DNA of 40,634 nucleotides from Deltaproteobacteria bacterium (GTDB lineage: Bacteria; Bdellovibrionota; FAC87; UBA2466): assembly GCA_043776735.1 (NCBI GenBank), contig JAYVQZ010000008.1:1-40634 (forward strand), written 5' to 3'. This document shows, piece after piece, positions 30,701 to 40,539 of the stretch. How positions within the stretch are numbered: position 1 is the first letter of the stretch; each line of letters starts with the position of its first letter. The notes beneath the pieces are model-generated. The model was given only the letters and a program-made list of their open reading frames with translations, did not search any database and was not told where the DNA came from. Position numbers and translations under genes: made by a program.

Positions 30701-33178
30701 ATGATGAACGAAAAATACGATCCTCAACCGATTGAGGGCAAATGGCAGAAGACCTGGGATGACGTTCAAGCTTTTAAGGCCAGGGACGAAGATCCTCGTC
30801 CCAAGTTTTATTGCCTCTGCATGTTCCCCTATCCCAGTGGAGCCATCCACATGGGGCACATCCGTAACTATTCCATTGGCGATTTGGTTAGCCGTTTCAA
30901 GAGAATGAAGGGCTTTAATGTTTTGCAGCCCATGGGCTGGGACGCCTTTGGATTGCCGGCCGAAAATGCCGCCATCCAGCGCGGCATTCATCCAAAGACC
31001 TGGACGCTTCAGAACATTTCCCAAATGAAGGCCGAATTTAAACGGATTGGTATCTCTTACGATTGGGATCGGGAACTGGCCACCTGCCTTCCCGATTATT
31101 ACAAATGGGAGCAGATGCTTTTTGGCCGCTTCTATGAAGAGGGATTGGCCTACAAAAAAACTGGCCAAGTCAATTGGTGTGAGTCGTGCCAGACGGTTTT
31201 AGCTAATGAGCAGGTTCAAGATGGCAAGTGCTGGCGTTGCGATAACTTGGTGTTGCTTAAAGATCTTTCGCAATGGTACCTGCGCATCACGGAATACTCC
31301 GACCAGTTACTCTCTGGCCACGAACAACTAAAGGGCGGCTGGCCCGATCGTGTGCTCGACATGCAAAAATACTGGATCGGCGAGAGTCAGGGCGCACGAG
31401 TTCGGTTTGCTGTTGAGAATGCCTCCGACGAAATAGAAGTCTTCACGACCCGTCCCGACACCGTGTTTGGCGTAACGTTTGTGACGATTGCTGCCCAACA
31501 TCCGTTGGCAGAAAAGCTTTGTTCCAAAGAGACGACGGCAACTCTGATGAAATTTCGTCAATCGGCCAAAAAAGCGGCTATTGATGAAGTTCCAGAGAAG
31601 AACGGTTTTCCTACGGGAAGCTTTGCCGTGCACCCATTAACTGGCGAGAAAGTACCCGTGTGGGTGGGTGACTTTGTGGTGATGGATTACGGCACGGGTG
31701 CGGTAATGGCTGTGCCGGCTCATGACGAACGCGATTTTGAATTTGCTCACAAATACAATTTGCCCATCAAAGTGGTGATTGAGAAAAAAGACGAGCCTGC
31801 CGAGTTGCCACTTAAGGCCGCCTACACGGAGGGCGGTGTGTTGTTGGACAGCGCTCAGTTTTCTGGCATGGACAACGAAGCGGCTAAAAAAAGCATTGCC
31901 ACAGAACTAGAAAAAATAGGCAGAGGGAAAGCGACGATCCAATACCGTTTGCGGGATTGGGGCATCAGCCGCCAGCGTTATTGGGGCACGCCAGTTCCTA
32001 TCATCTATTGCAAAGACTGCGGTCCGATAGCCGTTCCCCTCAAAGATCTGCCAGTCACTTTGCCAGATGACATTGATTTTCTCGGCGTGAAGGGAAATCC
32101 GCTAGAGACCCATCCCACGTACAAACATGCTCCGTGTCCGAAATGCCAAAAACCGGGGACGAGAGAGACCGACACCATGGACACTTTCATGGAGTCGTCT
32201 TGGTACTACGCTCGCTTTACCAGCCCCAAGTGCGATACTGGCCCCTTTGAAAAAAAGGCCGCCGACAAGTGGCTACCCGTAGATTGTTACATCGGCGGGG
32301 TGGAGCACGCGTGCATGCATCTACTTTATTCCCGCTTCTTCCATAAGGTGTTGCGCGATTGGGGCTACGTTTCTGGCGATGAACCGTTCACCAAATTGCT
32401 CACTCAAGGAATGGTGATCAAGGACGGCGCCAAGATGTCCAAGTCAAAAGGCAACGTGGTGACACCGGCTAGCATCATCGACAAGTACGGGGCGGACACT
32501 GCCCGGCTTTTTAGCCTTTTTGCGGCCCCTCCTGAAAAAGATCTGGATTGGAATGAAAAGGGAGTGGAAGGTTGCTTCCGGTTTGTAAATCGAGTGTGGC
32601 GTCTGTTCTACCAATTCCGAGAGGTTATTGCCCAGGCGCGTCCGGAACCAGGAGACGATCTCACCGATGAACTTTTGGTGATCCGCCGAAAAACTCATTG
32701 GATGATCCAGAAGATGACCGAGGATGTGGATTCGCACAAATACAACACTGCAATCTCGGCAGCGATGGAGCTGGTCAACGAGTTCTACTCGCTCATGGAC
32801 AAACAACCCAAGGCCTTTGAAACTGAAAGCGCAAAGTCCGTGGTTTCGGAGAGTTTGAACGGTTTGGTTCTTTGTTTGGCCCCTTTTACCCCCCACCTTT
32901 GTGAGGAGTTGTGGCAGGCGATGGGGAACCAGTCTTTAATTTCTCAAGCGGCTTGGCCAGGCTTTAAAGCCGAGCTATTGGTAGGAGAGTCCTTTCTATT
33001 GGTGGTTCAAGTGAACGGAAAGGTGAGAGAAAAAATTGCGGTGGCTAAGGGGACGACCAAAGACCAGATTGAAAAGATGGTTAAAGCGTTACCGAAAGTA
33101 ATGCAGCACACCGAAGGAAAGACGTTAAAGCAGTTTGTTTATGTACCGGAGCGCTTGGCAAATATTGTTGTGGTTTAG
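30701..33178 (+). CDS. leuS: Leucyl-tRNA synthetase
   Basis: PYPSGAIHMGHIRNY is the HIGH motif and GAKMSKSKGN is the KMSKS motif. The CP1 and leucine-specific regions are recognisable. The start is at MMNEKYDPQPIEGKWQ. Confidence 0.97.
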   Translation: MMNEKYDPQPIEGKWQKTWDDVQAFKARDEDPRPKFYCLCMFPYPSGAIHMGHIRNYSIGDLVSRFKRMKGFNVLQPMGWDAFGLPAENAAIQRGIHPKTWTLQNISQMKAEFKRIGISYDWDRELATCLPDYYKWEQMLFGRFYEEGLAYKKTGQVNWCESCQTVLANEQVQDGKCWRCDNLVLLKDLSQWYLRITEYSDQLLSGHEQLKGGWPDRVLDMQKYWIGESQGARVRFAVENASDEIEVFTTRPDTVFGVTFVTIAAQHPLAEKLCSKETTATLMKFRQSAKKAAIDEVPEKNGFPTGSFAVHPLTGEKVPVWVGDFVVMDYGTGAVMAVPAHDERDFEFAHKYNLPIKVVIEKKDEPAELPLKAAYTEGGVLLDSAQFSGMDNEAAKKSIATELEKIGRGKATIQYRLRDWGISRQRYWGTPVPIIYCKDCGPIAVPLKDLPVTLPDDIDFLGVKGNPLETHPTYKHAPCPKCQKPGTRETDTMDTFMESSWYYARFTSPKCDTGPFEKKAADKWLPVDCYIGGVEHACMHLLYSRFFHKVLRDWGYVSGDEPFTKLLTQGMVIKDGAKMSKSKGNVVTPASIIDKYGADTARLFSLFAAPPEKDLDWNEKGVEGCFRFVNRVWRLFYQFREVIAQARPEPGDDLTDELLVIRRKTHWMIQKMTEDVDSHKYNTAISAAMELVNEFYSLMDKQPKAFETESAKSVVSESLNGLVLCLAPFTPHLCEELWQAMGNQSLISQAAWPGFKAELLVGESFLLVVQVNGKVREKIAVAKGTTKDQIEKMVKALPKVMQHTEGKTLKQFVYVPERLANIVVV

Positions 33179-33731
33179 CGGGCTTTTGCTGTTGTCCGGT
33201 TGCGGCTACAGCTTGAGCCATCGGCTTAAGACCTCTTTTGTGTCCCCGCGTGGGCTTTTTGTCCCTATGTTTGATAACAAAACAGAGGAGACGGGCGCGG
33301 AACGTATTTTTACCAACGCGTTGATTCGCGAGCTAGAGAGTCACGGTAATTTGGTAATAGCCCATTCTGGTGAGGACGCTCTTGAACTGCGGGGAATTAT
33401 CACCGGAGTCAGTTACGCCCCCAGTGCCTTTTCTGATTATGGGTTTCGTGGACTGCAGTCCTATCGCCGTATGCCTGTGGAACTTGGTCTGAATGTTTCC
33501 CTACAATTGACGTTGGTAGATCCTAGAAATCAGCGAGTGCTATGGTCCAATTCCTTTAGCGGATTTCGTCGGGTGGAAGCTCCTCAAAATCGCACCTATG
33601 ACTTTGAAGCGCCCAGCTCATTAGGGCTTTTTACTCAGAGCTTAGTGGAGGCTCGGTATCAGGATGTGGCGCGAGATATAATGCGCGACATTTACGACGA
33701 CATGGTCGACTTTTTTCCTGCAAAACAATGA
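33141..33731 (+). CDS. lptE: LptE-like LPS-assembly lipoprotein
   Basis: Lipobox LLLLSGCGYS. The size and the position between leuS and holA match the conserved leuS-lptE-holA synteny. Confidence 0.65.
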   Translation: MYRSAWQILLWFSGLLLLSGCGYSLSHRLKTSFVSPRGLFVPMFDNKTEETGAERIFTNALIRELESHGNLVIAHSGEDALELRGIITGVSYAPSAFSDYGFRGLQSYRRMPVELGLNVSLQLTLVDPRNQRVLWSNSFSGFRRVEAPQNRTYDFEAPSSLGLFTQSLVEARYQDVARDIMRDIYDDMVDFFPAKQ

Positions 33732-34726
33732 CCACCGCTGGCGACATTTTTAAGGAATTAGACTCTGGAAAGTTCCGACCGGTTTATTTGATCGTGGGCG
33801 ATGAACCGTTTCAAGCCACTGAAATCTTAGGGCGCTTCAAAGCGTTTTTCTCTAAGACTAAAGAGAGTGACGATTTTTTAATTGAGACCTGGGACGGGGA
33901 GGGGATGGCCTTTGACGATTTCCGCACTTCACTCGAAGAGCTGCCAGGCCTTTTTTCTCAAGGGGCCCAGACCCGCTATATTGTCTGCTACCGCTTTGAA
34001 CGCCTTGCCATCTCTTTGCAGGAAAAGCTAGAAGACTATTTTAAAAATCCTAATCCCGATGTCTGTCTGGTTTTGTGGGCAACTAAAGCGGACAAGCGCA
34101 AAAGCTGGGTCAAAGCGATCGAAGCCAATGGGGCCCTTCTTGTTGTCGAAGAACCAAAGTTTCGTGACTGGGCCAAGTGGCGTGGCTACATGGAAAAGAA
34201 AATCGGAAAGCGCCTGGGAGCCGGGGCGTGGGAACGCGCGCTGGAAGAGGCCTCTCACACGCTCAGCCTTGTCGCCGCTGATCTAGAGCGCTTAGCCACC
34301 TATGTGGGAGACCGTCTGGAAATTACCGATGCGGACGTGAAACAGTTTTCTTGTTCAGGTGGCATGACCGATCTGTTTACCTTCATCGATGATGTCGCCC
34401 AGAGGAAAAAAGAGACGTCGTTCTTACGCTTTCATGCGTTGATCCGTTCCGGAGAGGCAGAGCTAAAACTACTTTCGTTATTGGTTCGGCAGTTTCGTCT
34501 GATGGATCGGCTCAGCAGTCTGATGGAGCAGAAGGTTGCAGAAAGTCAGTGGGCCTCTGAGCTGGGCGTTCCCCCTTTTGCCCTTTCCAAGTTTAAGTTG
34601 GCATTAGCTCGGCAGAACCAACCGCCAGAAGTGGCGCTGCGCCTTATCTCTGAGACCGACTATCTTGTAAAAACCGGAAAGGCGTCGCTTTTTGACGCGT
34701 TTCTTGTCCCGTATTTTTCCGCTTAA
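33728..34726 (+). CDS. holA: DNA polymerase III delta subunit
   Basis: The N-terminus is typical of delta: FRPVYLIVGDEPFQ. The size and synteny fit. It overlaps lptE by 4 nt. Confidence 0.8.
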   Translation: MTTAGDIFKELDSGKFRPVYLIVGDEPFQATEILGRFKAFFSKTKESDDFLIETWDGEGMAFDDFRTSLEELPGLFSQGAQTRYIVCYRFERLAISLQEKLEDYFKNPNPDVCLVLWATKADKRKSWVKAIEANGALLVVEEPKFRDWAKWRGYMEKKIGKRLGAGAWERALEEASHTLSLVAADLERLATYVGDRLEITDADVKQFSCSGGMTDLFTFIDDVAQRKKETSFLRFHALIRSGEAELKLLSLLVRQFRLMDRLSSLMEQKVAESQWASELGVPPFALSKFKLALARQNQPPEVALRLISETDYLVKTGKASLFDAFLVPYFSA

Positions 34727-34825
34727 CCTACCCAGGATAAACGCAAAGCATCAAAAAAATCGGATTGCTTAAAATTATGAGGTGGAGACTACCGGACCTT
34801 CGTTCCGAGAGATCGCCGCAACTAT

Positions 34826-34860
34826 GATCTCTCAGACCTAAAGGCCTGCGAGTCTGAACC
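34826..34860 (+). repeat. Degenerate copy of the 3'-UTR hairpin repeat element
   Basis: GATCTCTCAGACCTAAAGGCCTGCGAGTCTGAACC lies 100 nt after the holA stop. It is preceded by CCGAGAGATCGCCGCAACTAT, compared with CCGAGAACTAT in the 27078 copy. Confidence 0.6.
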
Positions 34861-34947
34861 CTGTCACCTAGCCGCAACAACGTCGAGTTCAGTGCGTAAG
34901 CGGCAGAAGGGCGCAATAATTTATTACCCAATTTCATAAGCCTAGTT

Positions 34948-36063
34948 ATGATTACCTCGATGCGCCTCTATCGAATCTCCCTATTTGCTCTGATACCCTT
35001 TCTTACTACGTGTTCGTTAGAGACTTTTCCCCATGAGCTGAAAATTCGAATGGCCTACTCGCCCCAAACGGCTTTGGGAGTGACCGGTTCTCGCTCGCTG
35101 GTTCTTGCTGACATGAACTGCTTTGCTTTTGTCTTTAAGAAAACTGGTTCTGACGAAGTTACCGATACTATGACGGCCGGACTCTCCCATCAGTGTCTAG
35201 GCATTGAAGGAACTGTCTCGACTCTTGTAGATCTAAATACGGCTCAGGCCGGGGTTACGGTAACCCTGGCTCCAGGCACTTATTCTGGTGAGGTTTTTGG
35301 TTTTTTTAACAACAGCGGAAATTGCTCTGGAAAAACACTCGCTCAAGTTTTTGAAAGGGTTCCCAACGTTTTTTCCATAGGGACATTCCCCGCGACTGAT
35401 TTAAAAGCGGGCAGCGAAGTGACTATTACCTCGAATTATAGTTCTGGGACCACTGCAGATAAAGTAATCTCCTGCCCGCCGCTGTCGGGTTCTGCTATTC
35501 TGCCCGCGGTGGACAATGCCTATGTTGGAGTCATGCCGACCGCGTCCTTTTTTAGCCTGGATTGGGCAGTCACCTCGGGCACTACTGTTCCGCCCCACTG
35601 GCAAGCTTATAACGCCATACCCCTTTCCCTCTCAAATCTCTTTCCCTATACGCAAGGGTATACCGGGGGGGCAAACCCTTATCATACCAAGCTCTCAGTG
35701 TTCTATTACTACCCCTACAATAATTCCTACAACACGGTAAAAATTGTGGCAGTAGGTGGTGCTGGTTTTGTGCCTACCAACGCCAATTGCACTGGAGGTT
35801 CGGTTTCTCCGACTGCCTTTGAGATGGCCTTTTGGACGGGGGGGGCGCCCATAGGGCAATGGCGGCACGGCCGGACTATCGGCAATGGAGATAGTACTTT
35901 TCTACAATATGCAGACGAGCCGGTTTCTAGTTACGTTGGTAATTATTCAGCCCACGGGAATCGGCCGCAGATTGAGGTTGCCATCGCCACGCAGGCCTAC
36001 GGCGACGCGAGTCAGTGCGCTAGGTTTGATCTTTCTCAATTTCGATTAGAGGTGAGTCCGTAA
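34948..36063 (+). CDS. Secreted, possibly lipid-anchored, hypothetical protein. Its N-terminal domain is paralogous to that of 38401-40044.
   Basis: Signal peptide ending LTTCSLETF. The first ~170 aa align with the Kelch protein: NCFAFVF vs NCFLVVF, HQCLGIEG vs HSCLHLAG, NTAQAGVTV vs STAQTGITA, GNCSGKTLAQVF vs GDCSGKTIKELF, and ISCPP vs PLCPP. Confidence 0.6.
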   Translation: MITSMRLYRISLFALIPFLTTCSLETFPHELKIRMAYSPQTALGVTGSRSLVLADMNCFAFVFKKTGSDEVTDTMTAGLSHQCLGIEGTVSTLVDLNTAQAGVTVTLAPGTYSGEVFGFFNNSGNCSGKTLAQVFERVPNVFSIGTFPATDLKAGSEVTITSNYSSGTTADKVISCPPLSGSAILPAVDNAYVGVMPTASFFSLDWAVTSGTTVPPHWQAYNAIPLSLSNLFPYTQGYTGGANPYHTKLSVFYYYPYNNSYNTVKIVAVGGAGFVPTNANCTGGSVSPTAFEMAFWTGGAPIGQWRHGRTIGNGDSTFLQYADEPVSSYVGNYSAHGNRPQIEVAIATQAYGDASQCARFDLSQFRLEVSP

Positions 36064-36226
36064 CCGTTTTGGGAAGGAAAGCGCTCTCCAAACGCGCGCT
36101 CGGCCTCTCGATTTCAATTGCGATACTCGCCGTCACCCCTCCTCGATTTAGCTATCGCAGCAATGAGCGATACTAATTATCCCAATCCTGGCATCCGGCC
36201 TAAGATTCTAAAACAGGAGGAAACTT

Positions 36227-36484
36227 ATGAAGATTGAAAAGTTATTTCAGGTATTGGTGGTAGGCGGAGCTCTAATGGGCGGACAGGCCATTTCATTAGC
36301 TGATTCGCAGGTCACATCAACAAGCTCGACCAAAAACACATCTCAAAAAGAGGTTGCTGGTGGGGAACTTCTGCCGATCTTTTGCACCTCGGTGGCGGAA
36401 TGTCCGAAGGACGCCACGGGACATCCCAAGGTAAAAGAAGGATTTGAATGCTGCTGGGGAACTAGCTGTGAAAAACTCCCCTAA
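36227..36484 (+). CDS. Small secreted Cys-containing protein
   Basis: AGGAGG lies 6 nt upstream of the ATG. Signal peptide VLVVGGALMGGQAISLA. The C-terminus is CTSVAECPKDATGHPKVKEGFECCWGTSC. Confidence 0.5.
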   Translation: MKIEKLFQVLVVGGALMGGQAISLADSQVTSTSSTKNTSQKEVAGGELLPIFCTSVAECPKDATGHPKVKEGFECCWGTSCEKLP

Positions 36485-36494
36485 TTCCACTCAA

Positions 36495-37229
36495 ATGGTC
36501 GGGGAGGGAAGGTTCCTCCCCGGTACTCTTCCGATTTCACCACCCCTTTCCAAGGTCGCCAGAGTATGGGCCTATCGAAAACGGGTGGAACATGAGGCTG
36601 CGGATCAGTTTGAAAGGCTTGCGGCCGGGTTAAGTGAACTCGGAGCGGATACCAAACTCATCAGGCTTGCCAAACTTTCTGCCGAAGACGAAAAGCGCCA
36701 TGCCATTTTGTGCCGTAAAATCATCGATCAAACCGATGCTCAAGTGATAGGCAAGGCGCCTCAGTTGGGGATGTCGCTGGGTCCAGAACACTGGGAGTTA
36801 CGCCAACGAATATTATATGCCTGTGTGTCTTTATCGTGTGTCACAGAAACCCTAAGCACCGCCTTATTGATTGAAATGAAAAAACAGGCGGGACCTCTCA
36901 CCGTAAGGGAAACGGTCCATTCGATCTTGGAGGATGAGATCACCCATAGTCGAATCGGGTGGGCGCAGCTAGCCACCGAAGCTAATTACTGCGATGTGAG
37001 TTGGTTGTCCCCTTTTATTCCTGGGATGATTCGTGATGCCATAATGGCTGAACCACTTCCCCGGGTTGTCCAAGGCGCCGAGTCTTTGAACGACAACGAA
37101 TGGCTCAGCGAGTGGGGGATTCTCCCCGAGGCCAAAGCAACAGCTATTATGCTATCAGCGATAAATGGAGTCGTCTTACCTGGACTTAAGGCATTTGGAA
37201 TTAACCCGCCTTCGAATCCGCCAATTTAA
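36495..37229 (+). CDS. Ferritin-like (four-helix diiron carboxylate) domain protein
   Basis: There are two E...ExxH pairs: VEHEAADQFE with AEDEKRHAI, and VTETLSTALLIE with LEDEITHSRI. I prefer the ATG at 36495, just after the upstream stop. Confidence 0.55.
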   Translation: MVGEGRFLPGTLPISPPLSKVARVWAYRKRVEHEAADQFERLAAGLSELGADTKLIRLAKLSAEDEKRHAILCRKIIDQTDAQVIGKAPQLGMSLGPEHWELRQRILYACVSLSCVTETLSTALLIEMKKQAGPLTVRETVHSILEDEITHSRIGWAQLATEANYCDVSWLSPFIPGMIRDAIMAEPLPRVVQGAESLNDNEWLSEWGILPEAKATAIMLSAINGVVLPGLKAFGINPPSNPPI

Positions 37230-37488
37230 ATCCACCTTTTGTTCTGTTAGGTAGCGAGCGCTAGAGTCTCAAAATTTAACTCTAGGGCAGATAAGGCATC
37301 GATCAAGAAAATGCCCAGCGTTACTTTCTGGGCCCGATCCCATAACATGAAGTTAGTCCCCATTTTTTTTAAGATTATCGCAATGTGCCACTTAGATACC
37401 AAATGAAGTTCTGAGGTGCACTGCAGCATTCGGTTTTTAAGGGGACGTTGTGGCCGATGAATGGGGTTAATTGTTCCGTGCTTAGCGG

Positions 37489-38247
37489 ATGGGGAGATTT
37501 CGAGTGAAAGTGAAAACCAACGGTCAGCAAGACCAAATCGAGCGCCTCTTTCTACGTGGGCCGCAACCGCGATTATCGGAATTGTGCCGAGCCTTTAAAA
37601 TGTTTGTCGAGATTCTGCGAGGTTTTCGAATCCTCCATTTTATCGGCCCGTGCGTCACTGTCTTTGGTTCCGCCCGTTTTCGAGAAGATCACCCCTTTTA
37701 CGAATTAGGCAGAAGTGTTGGAGCTGAGTTGGCCAGATCGGGGTTTACCGTGATTACCGGGGGAGGGCCCGGCATAATGGAAGCTGCCAATCGTGGGGCC
37801 AAAGAAAGTGGGGGGCGTTCCGTAGGTTGTAATATTCTGCTTCCCGCCGAACAAGAACCCAATTCCTATTTGGATTTATGGGTGGATTTTAAATATTTTT
37901 TTGTACGAAAGTTGATGCTGGCGAAATACTCCTACGCCTTTATTACTTTGCCAGGCGGGTTCGGTACAATGGATGAAATCTTTGAGGTCGCCACCCTAGT
38001 GCAGACGGGTAAGATCAAAGACTTTCCCATTGTTCTGATGGGAGTGGACTATTGGCAGCCGCTAATCGATTTTTTGAAAAACACAATGGTAGCTCGCGGC
38101 ACTATCGATCTCGCCGACCTGGAAAAAATAATCGTCAGCGATTCTCCAGCTGAGGTTGTGCGGCAAATTCGAGAGACGGCACTTTCCCGATTTGGCCTAA
38201 GTTATGGTCCGATGCCTAAACGGAAATGGTATCTCTTAGAGAGTTAA
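37489..38247 (+). CDS. LOG-family / TIGR00730 Rossmann-fold nucleotide-binding protein
   Basis: VTVFGSAR, ITGGGPGIMEAANRGA and LPGGFGTMDEIFE are the hallmark motifs. Confidence 0.85.
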   Translation: MGRFRVKVKTNGQQDQIERLFLRGPQPRLSELCRAFKMFVEILRGFRILHFIGPCVTVFGSARFREDHPFYELGRSVGAELARSGFTVITGGGPGIMEAANRGAKESGGRSVGCNILLPAEQEPNSYLDLWVDFKYFFVRKLMLAKYSYAFITLPGGFGTMDEIFEVATLVQTGKIKDFPIVLMGVDYWQPLIDFLKNTMVARGTIDLADLEKIIVSDSPAEVVRQIRETALSRFGLSYGPMPKRKWYLLES

Positions 38248-38400
38248 TCGTGTTGGTCGATTCCCACAGCTCTCGTATTTGGATTCTCCTTTTCCTTGCC
38301 GTGGCCCTTACTGCCACGGTGCTTCGCCGCTGAAAAAAAATGATGCGACAAGATAGTCTGGAAGTCGTTCTCCTTGAGGCCCGTGATACGATAGGTCTCA

Positions 38401-40044
38401 ATGCTGCGTCGATTATTCATTTTCCTAATCAGTGGCCTCCTTTTGGCTCTGTGCACTTGTTCCTTGCAAACCTTTCATCCGCAACTTTCTGTCAGTGTTT
38501 CCGTCTCTGAGGATCAGCCGCAGAACGCTCGCTCAAACCCGTCTCTAAGCCATCTAAATTGTTTTCTTGTGGTGTTTGGCGGCAATAATTTTGATGATTT
38601 TTCAAATGCGGATACCGGAACTCGTTCCCACAGTTGCCTCCATTTGGCCGGGAAGCCCAGTGAATTGGTCAGTCTTTCGACTGCACAAACGGGAATCACC
38701 GCGAGTATCCCCTCTGGCCGCTATTCCATCGAAGTCTTGGGATTGACCGCGTTAAACGGAGATTGTTCGGGAAAGACGATTAAGGAACTCTTTGCTGGTG
38801 AGATTCCCTCGCTGTTTTCCGTCGCTAATCAAAGCGATGTTCAAATCAATTCCGGTGCCCAAATCAATCTAACTTCAACGTTCAGTGCGGCATCGCCCAA
38901 TTTAGTTCCTCTATGCCCACCGCCTCCAGCCAATACCTGGTTGGCGACCTCGGTTGGGGCGAATGCGCTGACTATAAGGCAGTGGCACTCCGCTGTGTGG
39001 ACTGGTTTAAGCATGATCCTCTGGGGTGGCTGCGATAACGCCGCAGGGGGCTGCGGCACCAATTATTATAATAACGGCGTGCAATACAACCAAGTCAATG
39101 ATTCCTGGACACCGGTCTCGACGGGAATCAATGTGCCGAGTGTACGGGGTGGACACACCGCAATTTGGACCGGTTCGAAGATGATTGTCTGGGGTGGCGT
39201 TGGGCCTACGGCGTCTGTTCCCCTTAATACTGGTGGCCAATACGATCCCATTTCGAACTCATGGACAACAACTTCGGCAGGGAGCAACGTCCCTCCCGGA
39301 CGGACGGAACACACCGCCGTGTGGACTGGGTCGAAAATGATCGTGTGGGGGGGAATTAACGGAAATTTTTCTGCCTTAAGTAGCGGCGGCCAATACGATC
39401 CCGTCGCTAATACGTGGACGACAACTTCGGTCGGGACCAACCTACCTAATGCGCGAATGCAACACACTGCAGTTTGGACTGGGTCGAAGATGGTTGTCTG
39501 GGGTGGCTGTTTTGATAATGCCTGCAGTTCGAAATATAATTCGGGTGGCAGGTACGATCCAGACAATGATACCTGGTTGGCAACCTCGGTGGGAACCAAC
39601 GTACCCAGTGCGCGGGGCCGACACACCAGCGTTTGGACCGGTTCGAAAATGATCGAATGGGGTGGTTTTGATGGGAGTGGTTTGGGACTGACCAACACCG
39701 GGGGCCAGTATGATCCCGATGCAGATTCATGGACCGCCACTTCGTTTGCACCAAACGTTCCAGGCCCGCGGCAACTTCACTCCGCAATTTGGACGGGCCT
39801 AAAAATGATTATTTGGGGAGGTTGTAATCCTACTTTTGGTGGGGGCACGTGCTTTGCGCTTAATACTGGCGGTCAATACGATCCGCTTTTAGATTCTTGG
39901 ACTCCTACCTCGTTAGGAACGAATGTGCCACCTGGTCGTTTTTCTCTCTCTGTTATTTGGACTGGTTTAAAAATGATTGTATGGGGAGGCACCGAAGGCA
40001 ATACCGGGCTTAACGTGAATACCGGTGGCGTCTATACCCCGTGA
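38401..40044 (+). CDS. Secreted protein with an N-terminal domain shared with 34948-36063 and a C-terminal 7-bladed Kelch-like beta-propeller
   Basis: There are seven units of about 48-52 aa with the pattern H(T/S)A(V/I)WTG(S/L)KMI(V/I)WGG...NTGGQYDP..(D/N)(S/T)WT.TS.G.NVP..R. The signal peptide ends LCTCSLQTF. Confidence 0.8.
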   Translation: MLRRLFIFLISGLLLALCTCSLQTFHPQLSVSVSVSEDQPQNARSNPSLSHLNCFLVVFGGNNFDDFSNADTGTRSHSCLHLAGKPSELVSLSTAQTGITASIPSGRYSIEVLGLTALNGDCSGKTIKELFAGEIPSLFSVANQSDVQINSGAQINLTSTFSAASPNLVPLCPPPPANTWLATSVGANALTIRQWHSAVWTGLSMILWGGCDNAAGGCGTNYYNNGVQYNQVNDSWTPVSTGINVPSVRGGHTAIWTGSKMIVWGGVGPTASVPLNTGGQYDPISNSWTTTSAGSNVPPGRTEHTAVWTGSKMIVWGGINGNFSALSSGGQYDPVANTWTTTSVGTNLPNARMQHTAVWTGSKMVVWGGCFDNACSSKYNSGGRYDPDNDTWLATSVGTNVPSARGRHTSVWTGSKMIEWGGFDGSGLGLTNTGGQYDPDADSWTATSFAPNVPGPRQLHSAIWTGLKMIIWGGCNPTFGGGTCFALNTGGQYDPLLDSWTPTSLGTNVPPGRFSLSVIWTGLKMIVWGGTEGNTGLNVNTGGVYTP

Positions 40045-40131
40045 AAAAGGCGTCGTTGCTGACTTCCAAGGCAATGATCTTGGCGTTTCCCGATCGATGT
40101 CACTCAAGGTAGCGGCAAACCCAATGCCGAG

Positions 40132-40539
40132 TTAAAATAACAAACGTCCCCATTTTATTTTTTTGGGTCTAAGCAATAAACTATCTACGATTGCTATCAA
40201 CGCAACCCCCGCTAAATAAAAGACAATGTTATAAACATCAAAAGTGGTTCCCAATAACCAGTGACAGGGCAATTTGCCGCGAAGCTGATAGGGGATTGCT
40301 GTCAGCTTGAACAATTCTATTCCCACACAAAAGAAAAAAGCCAAAGTCATGGAATCGGGAATGGGCCGTCGTCTCAACGTAAGCACAATCATTAAGTACG
40401 CTGCCACGGCGTAAAGGATGTCCCCTAGTTGCTTATTCCAGAAGTGAGAACTTGTGCGATAGGTTCGCGACATCACTCCAACAGCAACAGTGGCCAGTAG
40501 GACGAGTAGAATTCTATTCATTGCCAAATCATACGCCAC
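40132..40539 (-). CDS. DUF2809-like integral membrane protein
   Basis: Four predicted TM helices. The pattern SR.Y...F....GD.LYA...YL ... IE ... LLG..F...D...Y..G matches my recollection of DUF2809. Confidence 0.5.
   Translation of the reverse strand: MAYDLAMNRILLVLLATVAVGVMSRTYRTSSHFWNKQLGDILYAVAAYLMIVLTLRRRPIPDSMTLAFFFCVGIELFKLTAIPYQLRGKLPCHWLLGTTFDVYNIVFYLAGVALIAIVDSLLLRPKKIKWGRLLF

Noticed and set aside
39066-39740. Long antisense ORFs (224 aa, 113 aa, 77 aa and others) opposite the Kelch-repeat gene
   Set aside because: They are a by-product of the repetitive, stop-poor reverse complement of the ~150-bp coding repeats. They have no RBS or domain signal, and the plus-strand frame has clear propeller periodicity.
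38930-40044. Regular ~150-bp DNA periodicity that could suggest a CRISPR-like or satellite array
   Set aside because: The repeats are contiguous with no unique spacers, and they are diverged at the DNA level but conserved at the protein level. The region is the coding sequence of a beta-propeller.
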